A stretch of DNA of 62,883 nucleotides, the filler included, from Globobulimina sp. (taxonomy: Eukaryota): assembly GCA_003354225.1 (NCBI GenBank). It is 51 parts of 51 records of this genome, joined end to end, with 100 filler letters (N's around TTAATTAATTAA, not from the genome) between each part and the next. Parts side by side here need not be neighbours in the genome. Positions count along the whole stretch, not along the records: positions 34,593 to 35,727 come from PIVH01022663.1; positions 35,828 to 36,962 come from PIVH01022664.1; positions 37,063 to 38,197 come from PIVH01022665.1; positions 38,298 to 39,432 come from PIVH01022666.1; positions 39,533 to 40,667 come from PIVH01022667.1; positions 40,768 to 41,902 come from PIVH01022668.1; positions 42,003 to 43,137 come from PIVH01022669.1; positions 43,238 to 44,372 come from PIVH01022670.1; 43 more parts are not named here. One strand, given 5' to 3'. Each line of letters begins with the position of its first letter. Position 1 is the stretch's first letter. The notes beneath the pieces were generated by a model that saw nothing but the letters and a program-made list of their open reading frames with translations, did no database searches and was not told where the DNA came from. Shown here piece after piece: positions 34,623 to 46,943 of the stretch. Made by a program: the position numbers and the translations under genes.

Positions 34623-35666
34623 ATGGATAACACAGCTAACACCGAAAATTTTGCTGAACAAACCCAAGAATCAAAAATAGAAATAAAAATACAACAAATC
34701 AACGATGAAAACAAAAGTGAACTAAAATCAATGCAGAATATTGGTGATGATGCAAAACAACAACATATACAAAATGATGATGCAAAAAGTAAAACAGATC
34801 AAGTTACAGTGTCATTGGATAAATCGGTGCTAAATAATGATGATAAAAATACAAAGCTTAATGAAGAAAACGATGAGAAAAAGACGCAGAAAAAAGAGAA
34901 CATCGTAACTTATTCTCCTTCATCATCACCGATAAATCACCAAATTAATGATACACAAACTGTAGAAAACAAACCTCAGCAAATTGAATTTAAAGAATTG
35001 CAATCAACACAAACAAATGATATCGATATTGATGACACAAATAACACACAAAATATTGAAATAAAAATACAATCCGCATTGGAAACGTTAACTGATTCTG
35101 ACATAAAACAGATGCCAAATATTGATGATGATGCAAAACAACAATGTATACAAAAAGATAAAGGTCAAACCCATGAAGTCATAGCGTCATTGGATAACAC
35201 TCAAATTACAGATTCTGAAATAAAGCCGGTGCAAAATATTGGTGATATAAAACATGAAATGAAAGAGATACTGAATGATGATAAAATTACAAAGCAAGAA
35301 AAAAAGAGTAAAGATGAGAAAAAGAAGAAGAAGAAAAAAGAGAGAATCATAACACCGAAAATATCCAAGTTTGAAAAGAAAATGAAATTATACTATAAAG
35401 TGAAGGATTTGCGAGAACGATCATTTTTGATAATGTGTGATGAGAACAGAATGATTGATTTGAAATCTTTATATGAATATATTGCACATTTTGGACACAG
35501 CAAAGCATCAAAGAATAAAGTGAATGATTTTTTAGTTTTTATGAAACCGAATACAAATAATCTGGTCTCATTTTCTAAATTTGTAAAAGCGATTGATGAG
35601 GATGGCGATGTTATTGCTGCTTTTCAACGGTTTCAAAAATGTGGTAATGCTCGATCCAAAAAATGA
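34623..35666 (+). CDS. Low-complexity repetitive protein with C-terminal EF-hand-like pair
   Basis: Repeats QNIGDDAKQQHIQ / PNIDDDAKQQCIQ; CDENRMIDLKSL, KPNTNNLVSFSKF. Confidence 0.55.
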   Translation: MDNTANTENFAEQTQESKIEIKIQQINDENKSELKSMQNIGDDAKQQHIQNDDAKSKTDQVTVSLDKSVLNNDDKNTKLNEENDEKKTQKKENIVTYSPSSSPINHQINDTQTVENKPQQIEFKELQSTQTNDIDIDDTNNTQNIEIKIQSALETLTDSDIKQMPNIDDDAKQQCIQKDKGQTHEVIASLDNTQITDSEIKPVQNIGDIKHEMKEILNDDKITKQEKKSKDEKKKKKKKERIITPKISKFEKKMKLYYKVKDLRERSFLIMCDENRMIDLKSLYEYIAHFGHSKASKNKVNDFLVFMKPNTNNLVSFSKFVKAIDEDGDVIAAFQRFQKCGNARSKK

Positions 35667-35829
35667 CTTTTTTAGGTTCACACTTCTTTTATGATTTTAG
35701 GTTCAAACCGTTTCTCAGATAATTGAANNNNNNNNNNNNNNNNNNNNNNNNNNNNNNNNNNNNNNNNNNNNTTAATTAATTAANNNNNNNNNNNNNNNNN
35801 NNNNNNNNNNNNNNNNNNNNNNNNNNNCC

Positions 35830-36945
35830 ATACAAATAAAGGAAATAAGCAAAGCCTTCCGGATCAACGAAAAAATTGTGATTGGAATCGGATCATTGGA
35901 CAAGGCATACTTTTATGGCTGGGAATGTTTGACGGGATCTATTATCGTAAAGGAAAGAAATAAAGTGATGGAATTACAAAAAGTGTATCAACGGAAAACA
36001 AGTAAATGTCAAAGAAATGATGTTGTCGAAATATTATATAATCCATTTACTGGCACTTTGCTGCAAAATGGAACAACACTCAACATCCCGCCAATTAGAA
36101 CTGATTTGCAATATTCGCTTTCAATGTTGGTTCAGGCACAGAACTTTCAAATACATTTGACAAAATTTACCAGTAAAGATATCGTATTATTTGTTGGAGA
36201 AAATGAGAGAAAGACATTACACTCAGATTTTGAATATGAATTTGCGAGTGTTGTGCTTGAAAGAGGTGCTGTTTTGACTGTAAATGAATGGAATCCAAAT
36301 GAAAAGAAAGGAGGCCGGCTTTTAATAAAATCATTGTCAGATTTCATAATAAAAAAAGGAGCAAAAATAGATTTGATTGCAAAAGGATATCGAGGCGGTG
36401 GATACGGCCATTACGGTGGTTGGACGGGAGAATCATATAACAGACCATCAGTGAAACAAAGACAACATAATTTAGGTGGTGGTGGTGGTGGTGTTTATAG
36501 AACAGGAGGAGGTGGTGGTTATGGCACTGTTGGACGTGGTAAGTATGGTGGCCAAACATATGGAGATAAAGAATTAAGCATTTTGCATTTAGGAAGCGGT
36601 GGTGGTGGTTTGTTTGGTGGAGGAGCAGGAGGTGGTGCTCTAAGAATTGAATGTGAAACATTTGAAAATCATGGAATGGTATTAGTAAATGGTGGTGGTG
36701 ATGGTGAGTATAGTATGAGTGGTGGTGGAAGTGGAGGATCAATATTTATAATTTGTAAAGATTTTATTATGAATGTACATGATATACAAAATTGTTGCAT
36801 CCATGCATGTGGTGGGGGAAAGGAGGAAGAAGAAGGAGGAGGATATGGTCGAATAAGGATTAAATGTACCACGGTGATAAATGTTATGCGTACAAAAGAT
36901 TGGAGGAAGGAGGCAATGATTTGGCAGATCGGTGTCATGCAATGA
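35830..36945 (+). CDS. Glycine-rich repeat protein with SPRY-like N-terminal segment (5' truncated)
   Basis: IDLIAKGYRGG; LHLGSGGGG; GAGGGALRI; SGGGSGGSIFI; GGGYGRIRI. Confidence 0.7.
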   Translation: MQIKEISKAFRINEKIVIGIGSLDKAYFYGWECLTGSIIVKERNKVMELQKVYQRKTSKCQRNDVVEILYNPFTGTLLQNGTTLNIPPIRTDLQYSLSMLVQAQNFQIHLTKFTSKDIVLFVGENERKTLHSDFEYEFASVVLERGAVLTVNEWNPNEKKGGRLLIKSLSDFIIKKGAKIDLIAKGYRGGGYGHYGGWTGESYNRPSVKQRQHNLGGGGGGVYRTGGGGGYGTVGRGKYGGQTYGDKELSILHLGSGGGGLFGGGAGGGALRIECETFENHGMVLVNGGGDGEYSMSGGGSGGSIFIICKDFIMNVHDIQNCCIHACGGGKEEEEGGGYGRIRIKCTTVINVMRTKDWRKEAMIWQIGVMQ

Positions 36946-37062
36946 TATATAAACATCCGCCGNNNNNNNNNNNNNNNNNNNNNNNNNNNNNNNNNNNNNN
37001 NNNNNNTTAATTAATTAANNNNNNNNNNNNNNNNNNNNNNNNNNNNNNNNNNNNNNNNNNNN

Positions 37063-38197
37063 GTTGCGGCATCTTATTGTGGGATAAATTGAGCTCTTCC
37101 AAGGCCAGGGTGCCTTAAAAAAAAAAACATCATTTTAAGCTCATTTTGGTTTGAGTGAAAACTCACTGAAGTAAAGAGATCATGACACGGACAGCGACAA
37201 TGCAGACTTAACCTTTTCTGGAAGCTGCTTCGATCGCAGTCAATAAACGTGGACAATCGATGTTGCACTTCTCTAAATTCAACATCTTGAGATGGTGAAA
37301 GTCTTTAATTAAGCGGTTGGCCAACATGACGGTCCCTTTTGAGTCTAATGAATTGTGCGAAATGTCCAACTCTTCCAAGCCGCCGCCGCCTGCTCCCGCC
37401 ATCCCGGAGGAGCCCCCAGACGATCCACGCAAGGATTGAATGAAATTAATCATCGTTTTACTGGAACAGTTGGCTTTGGTGAGATAGACGCACGGCGGCT
37501 GCCGGCTTAATTTCTTATTGCCCTCAATCCATAAATTGACGCCTTTATCGCCAATTTTGCAGTTTTTTAAACCAAATCGCTTCAACGTTAGCCGTGGGTT
37601 TTGCGCCAAGGCTCGAACGAGCAAACCGCCCCATTCCGCGCCATTGGCACAGCCATCTAATACTAAGCTGCTGAGCGTGGTGTTGTATTTTAATAACATC
37701 TGTATAGCAAAGAATAATTCGGCATCGCCAGGCACGTCCGACACCTCCACGCCTTGCAATAAATTCAATGTGAACGCTACACACAACAGCGCGCCATGGA
37801 CGGTTTTGCTGTTCTGGCAGCCGAGAGATTTCGTATGTAACCAACGCTCATCGTCCACCACCATATCATCCAATGGGCGGCGTAATATACTCTTCAAACC
37901 TGATGTTATGCGAAAATGCGTACATTGTGTACAAAAAACACATTTAAGACCGTACCGAAGGATAATTTATCTTTATTTGCTTCTTTGTAGAAATAGGCCC
38001 ATGATCGGAAGGCGCGGGAAGGCCTCTCGTAGGGCGCCAAGGAGCCGCCGACGACGGGATACTTTTTCTGCAAATCCACTTCTTGCGAAGCCTTGTATTG
38101 ATCCAACCATTTACAGGCCAAATCATTGGGGAATCCGGGATTGTAAAAGGTATAATTGCTATATAATTGGCCTAATATTTTCTGTGTTAAGTCGTCG
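37063..38197 (-). CDS. CARMIL/LRRC16-like leucine-rich repeat protein fragment; introns 37900-37955 and 37114-37212
   Basis: RI-like LRRs (LKYNTTLSSLVL, LEELDISHNSL, LEELNLSHN); GT-AG introns join three frames. Confidence 0.65.
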
Positions 38198-38297
38198 NNN
38201 NNNNNNNNNNNNNNNNNNNNNNNNNNNNNNNNNNNNNNNNNTTAATTAATTAANNNNNNNNNNNNNNNNNNNNNNNNNNNNNNNNNNNNNNNNNNNN

Positions 38298-39431
38298 GTG
38301 CTCAATTGATGGATATAGTTTGACGACGTCGAAGGACCAAACTATGAAATCCTTTTTATTTCTAATATGCCATTGTATGGCTTTATTTTCATTGAATTTT
38401 ATTACGCGCGTTACCAAATCCTTTGTGTCCTTCAATAAAAATCCTTTTTCCAGCTCACGTTTCCAAATCGGCGTTATAACATAATCTAAAAATTTGTGAG
38501 TTGCCTCCCAAAACGTACCCGAAAAAGATGAAATTAAACGTAATGATGGTACCTTTTTGTGTGTTTTCCATAATGCGTATAAATTCGCATTACGGTAATG
38601 AAATTTCGTCGGAAATTTCGGTTTCAACGCTTCAAACCATTCCTCTTTAAGCTGTCCAAAATCAACCCATTTCGACAAAATTTGTGTCAAAATTTCAATT
38701 TCTTGCTCCCAATCGTAGTCTGCCACGGCCTCGAAACCTAATTTCGGCAAAGTATCTAAAACCAAATTATTTAATACCTCCGCTGTGGTCACCATATATA
38801 ATGAGCCCTTATCTTCCTTTACCATCACGTTCCTATTCTTATCATTAAATTTTTGATTTTCATCGATGCAGTCCATGTACGCTTCTTCTTCGTCGTGATC
38901 TAAATTGATTTTATACTGCAAATTTCTCTGATTTTGCAGACATTTTTCATACAAATTCGTCTCAAAATCGTATAGAAACGCTTCTAATTTGATATTGCCT
39001 GTACTTTGACAATGATATCTTCGTTCTTTTAGATTTACGAAATACGGCTTCCAATCAACCCAATCTTCGTCGTCTTGTATTTTTTCCTCTTTTTTCTCTT
39101 CTTTTTCCTCCTTTTTCTCGTTTTTATCGTTTTTATTGTTTTTATTTTTTGAATAATTATTATAAATGTTATTATACCAAGATCTGACACTATTTTTCAG
39201 GTTAAAAATACCCGTAAATATGTTATTAAAATCAAAATATTTCGGGTTAACGACATAATTTCTGCTCCGACCGACTAATTTTTCGAAACCCGGCGCAATT
39301 TTAATATTTTCGTCGGTTTTGGGTAGTTTTTGAGTTGGAGCTACTTTCAATGCCTCCTCTTTTAAAATGAACTTACATTTTCTACGCAAATTCGCACATT
39401 GTCTGTTGGCGTTGATTTTATTTCTCCGTCG
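38298..39431 (-). mobile_element. Penelope-like retroelement reverse transcriptase, N-terminal part
   Basis: VMVKEDKGSLYMV; LYALWKTHKKVPSLRLISS; LLKDTKDL; WSFDVVKLYPSI. Confidence 0.85.
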
Positions 39432-39532
39432 ANNNNNNNNNNNNNNNNNNNNNNNNNNNNNNNNNNNNNNNNNNNNTTAATTAATTAANNNNNNNNNNNN
39501 NNNNNNNNNNNNNNNNNNNNNNNNNNNNNNNN

Positions 39533-40667
39533 TCGACGAGATCATTCATTTTCGATTCTGAGTGGCTATGGACCCAGAAAAACTTAATAAAATTTGCCAC
39601 ATAATCAAATCTGGCTAATTTGCATATTTCTTTATCTATCTTCGTATACAAATTTATTATTACATCATCATTCGGTGTATGTTTTTGTGATATTATGTTT
39701 AAACAATTTTGGCTGTCTGTTATTATCGCAACGCCCTTTGCTTTTTTTACATATTTTTGTCGATTTTTTGGATTATTCATCCAAATCAATGCCTGCAAAA
39801 TGACATAGAACTCCATCACATTTATATGGGTTCTTATAGTTAGTGGTATTGTGATGGTGTCAATAATATTCGTACCGTAATATACTACCAATGCACAGCC
39901 ACCAATGCCGAATATCGAACTTTTCGGGTCGTTATCGTATGGATATACAGAGCCATCTGGGAGGAAATATAAATATCCCTCCTCCAACATACTATCTTTC
40001 CACATATTATCGTAACTTATAAATTGTATACATTTTGGCAATGTGCTTGGGATGAATTTGTATACAAATCGCTGTACATAGTTGCCACAAATATAGGTTT
40101 TTGTATCCATCGTATTTAATTCTATTGAGTCCATATACCATTTCCATAGTATATTGTTCCTTTTTTTATCATTTGGAATATGCTTTAATTTATCATGGAC
40201 ATCATATCCATTTTTTATTTTATAATATAACGGTTTGATTTGTTTGATAAATGCACATTTTTTTTCGTATAAACCATTATTTGTACTGCATCGTAATAAT
40301 TTTGAGAAGGATTTTGCATTTAATCTTTTCATAAATGATTCAAATGTGTTAAAGCCATTAAAATTGCTTCTTTCGATTATCGACAATGTAAACAATTTAT
40401 TATTAAAAATCCGAATCAATTTATTGTATTCAACCATTATTTTATTATTATTTACCATATTTATATAGGTTGATCCAGCGTAATTTAATAGAGATATTGC
40501 CGTGGATTCAATGAAATATTTTGTTACACCGGCACTTATTTTGCAGTACTTATTATTCAGTAATTTATAGCAGCTACGGCGTATTAACTGGATATCTGTC
40601 AAAATCTTCTTTGTATGCAAACTAAATGTCCACTGATCATCCAATTCCATCCCTAATATGACGAAAC
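39533..40667 (-). mobile_element. Non-LTR retrotransposon RT C-terminus plus RNase H
   Basis: ILGMELDDQWTFSLH; LLNYAGSTY; FLPDGSV...GIGGCA; INVMEFYVILQAL; IITDSQNCL; FFWVHSH...NDLVD. Confidence 0.85.
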
Positions 40668-40767
40668 NNNNNNNNNNNNNNNNNNNNNNNNNNNNNNNNN
40701 NNNNNNNNNNNTTAATTAATTAANNNNNNNNNNNNNNNNNNNNNNNNNNNNNNNNNNNNNNNNNNNN

Positions 40768-41094
40768 ATTAAAATTTGCATCTGGGTATAACCAGAACCA
40801 AAGGGCATCATTGGAATATGTTGTCCCTTCCGCAATCACAGAGAATTTCACATAAATGTTGTGGTATCCTGTAGTTTGGAATATTTTGCTAGCAGCGCAC
40901 CCCGCAAATGGTAACATACAACATCTTGGTGTGTTCACACAGTTCATGTTAGTGGAAGGCATAGCCGGTGCGTCCCCTCCATAATTCCAAAGAGTCCAAC
41001 CCGTTGGATCGTCCATTATTTCATAGTAGATGCGGACATGTTGTGCTATCAATGGATTAATTAAAATAATAACACACAATGATGAAAGCATCAT
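40768..41094 (-). CDS. Secreted hypothetical protein (truncated)
   Basis: Signal peptide MLSSLCVIILINPLIA. Confidence 0.55.
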
Positions 41095-41305
41095 TTTTTT
41101 TTTTTTTAACTAGATTTAAGATTTTGACGCTCAGCTTTTGCTTTTTGAGCAATTTTAACAGTCCTTAGTTGAATTATTTAACATATAACATGGTGAGAAA
41201 TATACTGCATTTAGTGAGGAAAAGTATGTTAAATTCAACTAAGCACGGTATACGTGTGTAAACAAACAGAGTTCATTTCAAAAAGGATCGAACAAATAAC
41301 AGAGA

Positions 41306-41902
41306 ATGTTTTTAGCAAAAACTTTTTTGCCGCTAGAATCCCCGCAGTACTCTAGCATGGCGTGTTGCGTTTCACCGCGTCATGTATTTTTATTTTTATT
41401 TACATTATTATTTGTAATTGATGTGATATCCGATATTTTAGCGGTAATCCAATGGTATCGCTTGGATTATTTTATTTGGTTTTTAATTGGCACCATCACT
41501 GTCGGTATCTCATTCATTATGCAATGGTTATATTGTTTAAATAATATGAACTCCTATTTACAATACCTACACACATATAAGTATTCTGGATGGAATGCTT
41601 ATAATCATTACCTAAACTTCGATAATACGCATTACGCTCAGTCTCAGTCTCAGTCTCAGCCTCACAAACCACGAAAAATCAATAAATGCAAAGAAATGAC
41701 ATTGATGATTTTTAAATTTTTATTCAAATCCGTTATATTTCATTTCATTTTTCAATGTGGGATCATCGAAGCCTTCATCAAAAATTGCATGATTTTAAAT
41801 CGGTACAACACGAACAAAAATAATGATAAAAAACATATTTTTAATTTTGATCCCAAAAATAATTATAACTCAATCTCCAAATATCCAAATCCTGTGCTCC
41901 AA
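41306..41902 (+). CDS. XK-related membrane protein N-terminus (truncated)
   Basis: LLFVIDVISDILAVIQWYRLDYFIWFLIGTITV. Confidence 0.55.
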
Positions 41903-42009
41903 NNNNNNNNNNNNNNNNNNNNNNNNNNNNNNNNNNNNNNNNNNNNTTAATTAATTAANNNNNNNNNNNNNNNNNNNNNNNNNNNNNNNNNNNNNNNNNN
42001 NNGAATCGA

Positions 42010-42798
42010 GTGAACAAAGGGCGGCCTTCCTTGTCTGTGTTGGTGCGATTGAGTCATTATTGCATTACGCATTTGAAGGGATTGTATCAGACACAGTTGA
42101 ATGAGAAGGATGAGAGCAACGATTTGCACCAAGGCATTCTGAAAAGGAACACCAATTTGAATAAGAACAAAAGAGACTATATGTACGATTCGAGGAAGGT
42201 GGAATGCGAAGGGATTTATCACATTGTGACGTGGAAGAACATTGAGAAAACATTGTGGATTTTGTTCCAGCACTGTTATATTAATTTGTTGCTGCAAATT
42301 GACTGTTTTATGAAAAGCAACGAAGAGTTGGTGCTCAAATATATTATTCAATATAAAAACTGTTTGGAGAGGTTATGGAAACGGATCAAGCGGTTCGAGG
42401 ACTTTTTAATTGCACAGCAAAAGGACAATGAGTATGCGACAAAGGAGGTGACATTTATTACCGTGTTGCGAGAGAAGCAGCACCGAGCATTGATGATGAA
42501 TATCGAGGAGTTGCGCAACAAATATATGCCAAACATCAATCTGTCGATGCAGAGGCAAAGCAGCGAGCAAACGCAATTATCGCTGCGCTCGCATGAACAG
42601 ACTCAATCCGACTCCAACACCAATTATACGATGCGAATGGGGATGGCGAGTAGTATTTATTCACCGTATGGTGCAAATACGTCAAATCGAATGAATTTGA
42701 ACAATTCTGCGTCGACCTCGCAATTTATAAATACGCCACGGAGGCATTTTAGGAGAGCTGCGTCTTCCGCAAGCAATGTGTCTTCCAGTTGGGCTTAA
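42010..42798 (+). CDS. Hypothetical protein C-terminus
   Basis: 262-codon ORF followed by an AT-rich UTR-like region. Confidence 0.55.
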   Translation: MNKGRPSLSVLVRLSHYCITHLKGLYQTQLNEKDESNDLHQGILKRNTNLNKNKRDYMYDSRKVECEGIYHIVTWKNIEKTLWILFQHCYINLLLQIDCFMKSNEELVLKYIIQYKNCLERLWKRIKRFEDFLIAQQKDNEYATKEVTFITVLREKQHRALMMNIEELRNKYMPNINLSMQRQSSEQTQLSLRSHEQTQSDSNTNYTMRMGMASSIYSPYGANTSNRMNLNNSASTSQFINTPRRHFRRAASSASNVSSSWA

Positions 42799-44680
42799 TT
42801 TGACGAATAGATATTGACTTTTATTGACAACATCCTTAACTTGGTGGGGCTATTTTTATAAGATTCATATTCCTTGTTCTTTTTTTTTTAACTTGCACAT
42901 TAATATTTGCATTTTTTACTTGCACATATTCCTTGTCCTTTAATATTTATTTACATCCAAACAAAATTAAATGTTTTTCATCAATGTAAATTGTAGCGCT
43001 TAAACCAACAAGGATACTATGACAAAAATTATATTTATTATTGAATATCACCCAAAATGAGATTGTACTTTTTGTTTTGATTTTGCAAGATTTTGAACAA
43101 GTTTTCCTTATCAAGGCAGGTAACTTGAGTTTTGTATNNNNNNNNNNNNNNNNNNNNNNNNNNNNNNNNNNNNNNNNNNNNTTAATTAATTAANNNNNNN
43201 NNNNNNNNNNNNNNNNNNNNNNNNNNNNNNNNNNNNNACAGTTGTGAAAAACAGCTTATTTTGGGATTCATATTTGAACATACTAGCAATGCGTTCAAAT
43301 CACTAGAATTTCAATATTATATTATGTAGTTGTTGTATATAAACATTACAACAATTCTGTCACATTTTCGCGAGATTTGAGAAGGCAGATCATTGTGTAT
43401 TCATCTTTCCAATGTACACACTGATCTGACAATATTCTACATGCGTACAAATAGAAACACCAACATAAACAACAAAGTTCCAATCCGTAGTTGTCATTAA
43501 AAACTCATTCGCGACACAATTATTGATACAAAAAACCAAATATTAGTTCCCTAGATTCTATCCCTAGATTCCACAATTATTGAACAATCACCAAATATAT
43601 ATATAAATATCACCTTCTTTCATTATACGCTCCAATGGTGGTTGGTAATAGTATTAAATCAATGCAAACAGCCACCAATATACGTAATAACAACACACCA
43701 TCGTCCTTCCTTTTTGCTATTAATAACTCTGTGAATATACGCGATAATCTATATACGTTTTAGCAATGAACCATATACGAACATTACACAAAATATCCAA
43801 TGTTCGCTTTCATATAAATGATAAAATCCCTCATCCAAACCACTATTATCACCAATGTACAGCCCACAGCCCCACAAAATAATGCTCCATACAAACCGCC
43901 ACAAAATCCTGCAGTTTATAGGCCATTACCAACTAATACTGCTATTTACGTTTTTAATATTTATTGTATCTGTTTTTAATTCGAGCATTGTATACCTGTT
44001 TGATTTCGATGCTTCATTGTTAACAAATCCCGCGAAAATCATTAGAATCTTCAAAACTTTAAGAAATCAATTTTCCCTCCACCCCACTAAACTAACCATC
44101 CCCTCGTCATTTTCAACGAGTGCTTATTTAATGATTATTCAATGATTTTAAAATTGTGTACGTAGCAAATTCACACACTAAAACTATTTTAGATTGGCAT
44201 CAAAATTTAGTGTGATTTTGCGAATGTTTATAATTATGTTTTTAAAATGTTTATAATTAATATTAAGTTGTTGTATTTAGGACATGCACCAACAGAGAAA
44301 AAATCCTAAACCGTAAAAGGAGATATCAATCAAAGTGCCGCATTGAAACCTTGCTAACTTTTATTTGTTTTTNNNNNNNNNNNNNNNNNNNNNNNNNNNN
44401 NNNNNNNNNNNNNNNNTTAATTAATTAANNNNNNNNNNNNNNNNNNNNNNNNNNNNNNNNNNNNNNNNNNNNGTGCCACCACCAAATAATTTAAAACTTA
44501 TATGCAATACACTCCTAAGCTTAATTTAAATCTATCAATTTGCACTATTCCCTCTACTTTAGATTATATTAAATACAATCTTTATTAAAAATAAGTTGAG
44601 ATAAGTTGTATTAAATCTACTTTAAATAGGAATACAAGTGAATATTTGACATCTATATTTCTTTATGTACAAATATTACT

Positions 44681-44730
44681 TTGAAAATAAGAAATATCTG
44701 TTATAATTAGTTTATATCACTAGTGGAGAA
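44681..44730 (+). promoter_or_regulatory. Sigma70-like promoter with extended -10, plus Shine-Dalgarno
   Basis: TTGAAA 44681-44686; TG-T-TATAAT 44699-44707; GGAG about 7 nt before ATG 44736; a second TTGACA at 44646; background is AT-rich. Confidence 0.5.
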
Positions 44731-44735
44731 ATTTT

Positions 44736-45607
44736 ATGGTATTAGCAACGCAAAAAACAGTAAAAGAAAGATACCAAGATGATTTTCAAGAAAAAGTTAT
44801 GCTTGTTACTGACGAATGGATTGATTGTTCAAAAGAATGTAAATGGGATGATGTAGAATGCTATGAATCAAATGCAATATTAGCTGCTGCAAATGGCCGT
44901 GACCCTAATAATTTTGATAAAGACCCTGTAGAAGAAGGTATTTTAATAGTTGGTGAAGCGCGTAGTACTTGTTCCAATAAATCTCGACCATATAACGATA
45001 TTAGTGCCGAATTTATTTATTTATTCAAATTAGCTGAAACATTAGAAAATCCCATCTGTTTTGTATGTAAAAAATTCTCTAGTGATGAACAAATAGCTGA
45101 AGGTGGCCAGAGCGCTAATGATTCAAGTCACTGGATATTTTTATCTTTTATTGACAAGGAAAACGCTTTGGTGGTTGACCCATTTGGCACCGGTAGTCAA
45201 AGCGAAGTTCGTGGAATAATAGATGTATATAACAATAGTGTGGATAGCAAAGGAGCTCCATTGCCAAAAAAACATTTCTGGATTTCAACTACAACAATAC
45301 AAAGTGATGGTGTGTCTTGTGGGCCAATTTCAGCTGAATTAGCGCGTATTTTTAGAGAAGGATATACAACAAAGCCTAAAGAATTACTTGTCAAACTAAA
45401 TGAACAGAAAGAATCATCAGACAATGGGTTTATGCATAATGTTGATATTAGTTCAATCTTTGGAAAGGATGAAATAAAAAGACTAAAAAATGGAAGTGCA
45501 TTAAGAAAAAAACAGGAAAGTCGTTTGGCTGCAAGCACTGAGGAAAAATTAGAGGTGGAAACTATTGAACAACAAGCATACCGAAGTGCAATTAATGCAT
45601 CCAATGA
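44736..45607 (+). CDS. CE-clan (Ulp1/C48-like) cysteine protease, putative bacterial deubiquitinase effector; truncated
   Basis: SHWIFLSF (His), VVDPFG (Asp), IQSDGVSCGP (oxyanion Gln and catalytic Cys). Confidence 0.7.
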
Positions 45608-45707
45608 NNNNNNNNNNNNNNNNNNNNNNNNNNNNNNNNNNNNNNNNNNNNTTAATTAATTAANNNNNNNNNNNNNNNNNNNNNNNNNNNNNNNNNNNNN
45701 NNNNNNN

Positions 45708-46841
45708 AATTTCAATTATAGTGTTTACAAATTTATTTTTATTATTTAATATATGTAAATCATCAATATCATCAGTTACGTAATTTAATAATGCGTTAAC
45801 TGGTGATTCATTTCCATCAAAATATAGTTTTATATATTTAATATCGGTCCAAAAATTAATTGTTTTATCCATGACATCTTCGATATGCAGACTTTTTCCA
45901 TCATTTAATACATTAATAACTTGGTAGGGTCCAACGAAATTTGGTGTCAACTTCTTTTCATTGATACCCATACGTTGTGATATATCATATAACACTTTGT
46001 CATTGATCTCAATGTTAAGTTTTCTTCTCTTTTTATCATAATATTTCTTTCTTGTTTTGTCATAATGTGCTTGTGTTTGATTTGCTTTTTCCTTAATTAG
46101 ATATATTCGATGTTGTATGTATTGTTTGTAAACTGCTGGTGTCCGAAGGATGCGAACCATAAATAATATTAAACGGCGAGAATGAGGTCATGCGATTGAC
46201 CGTTGTATTATATTTATATTGGATCATTGGGATAAATACATCCCAGTCATCTTCAGCGGTGAAATCTAAGTTTAAGTCATAAGCTAATAAGCTAAGTCTC
46301 TCTTTTATCCATCTATGTAACCTTTCTATTTGTCCATTTGCCTCTGGATGATAATCTGTTGTATATTTAACTTTTATTTTGTGTGTATTTAGGAAGTGTT
46401 TGTATATGGCACTGATGAATTGGGGCCCATTATCACTTAATATCGCTGCCGGTGGACCGAAAGTGAACAACCAATTATCAACACACTTAATTACATCAAT
46501 GGCATTAATGGATTTTATGCATTGCAGCATACAATAACGGGAAAATTTGTCTATTATGGTGACAATATATTTATTATCATTATCGGTTTGTGGCAAAGGC
46601 CCAACAATGTCAATGGAAATCTGTTGGAATGGACGTGTGGCAGAATATAAGTTAAGCGGTCCTTGCTTGCCTTTTCTAACCTTTTTAACGGCTTGGCAGC
46701 TTTTACACAGTTTGCAGAATGATTTTATATGGTTTCTCATTTTTGGCCACCAGTATCTATTGGATATTATTTGATACATTTTATTCTGGCCATTATGTAT
46801 TATATCATGGCTATTATGCAAAATGGAGCGACGCAAAAACG
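45708..46841 (-). mobile_element. Ty3/Gypsy integrase with frameshift at about 46140
   Basis: H..IIHNG...YWWPKM...CKSC; ISIDIVGPLP; ILSDNGPQF; YHPEANGQIER; KLTPNFVGPY in the second frame. Confidence 0.9.
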
Positions 46842-46943
46842 NNNNNNNNNNNNNNNNNNNNNNNNNNNNNNNNNNNNNNNNNNNNTTAATTAATTAANNN
46901 NNNNNNNNNNNNNNNNNNNNNNNNNNNNNNNNNNNNNNNNNAA

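Noticed and set aside
43238..44372. Alternative genetic code or hidden gene in an ORF-poor contig
   Set aside because: Reading through stops gave no recognisable protein in any frame; other contigs use TAA/TAG/TGA as normal stops.
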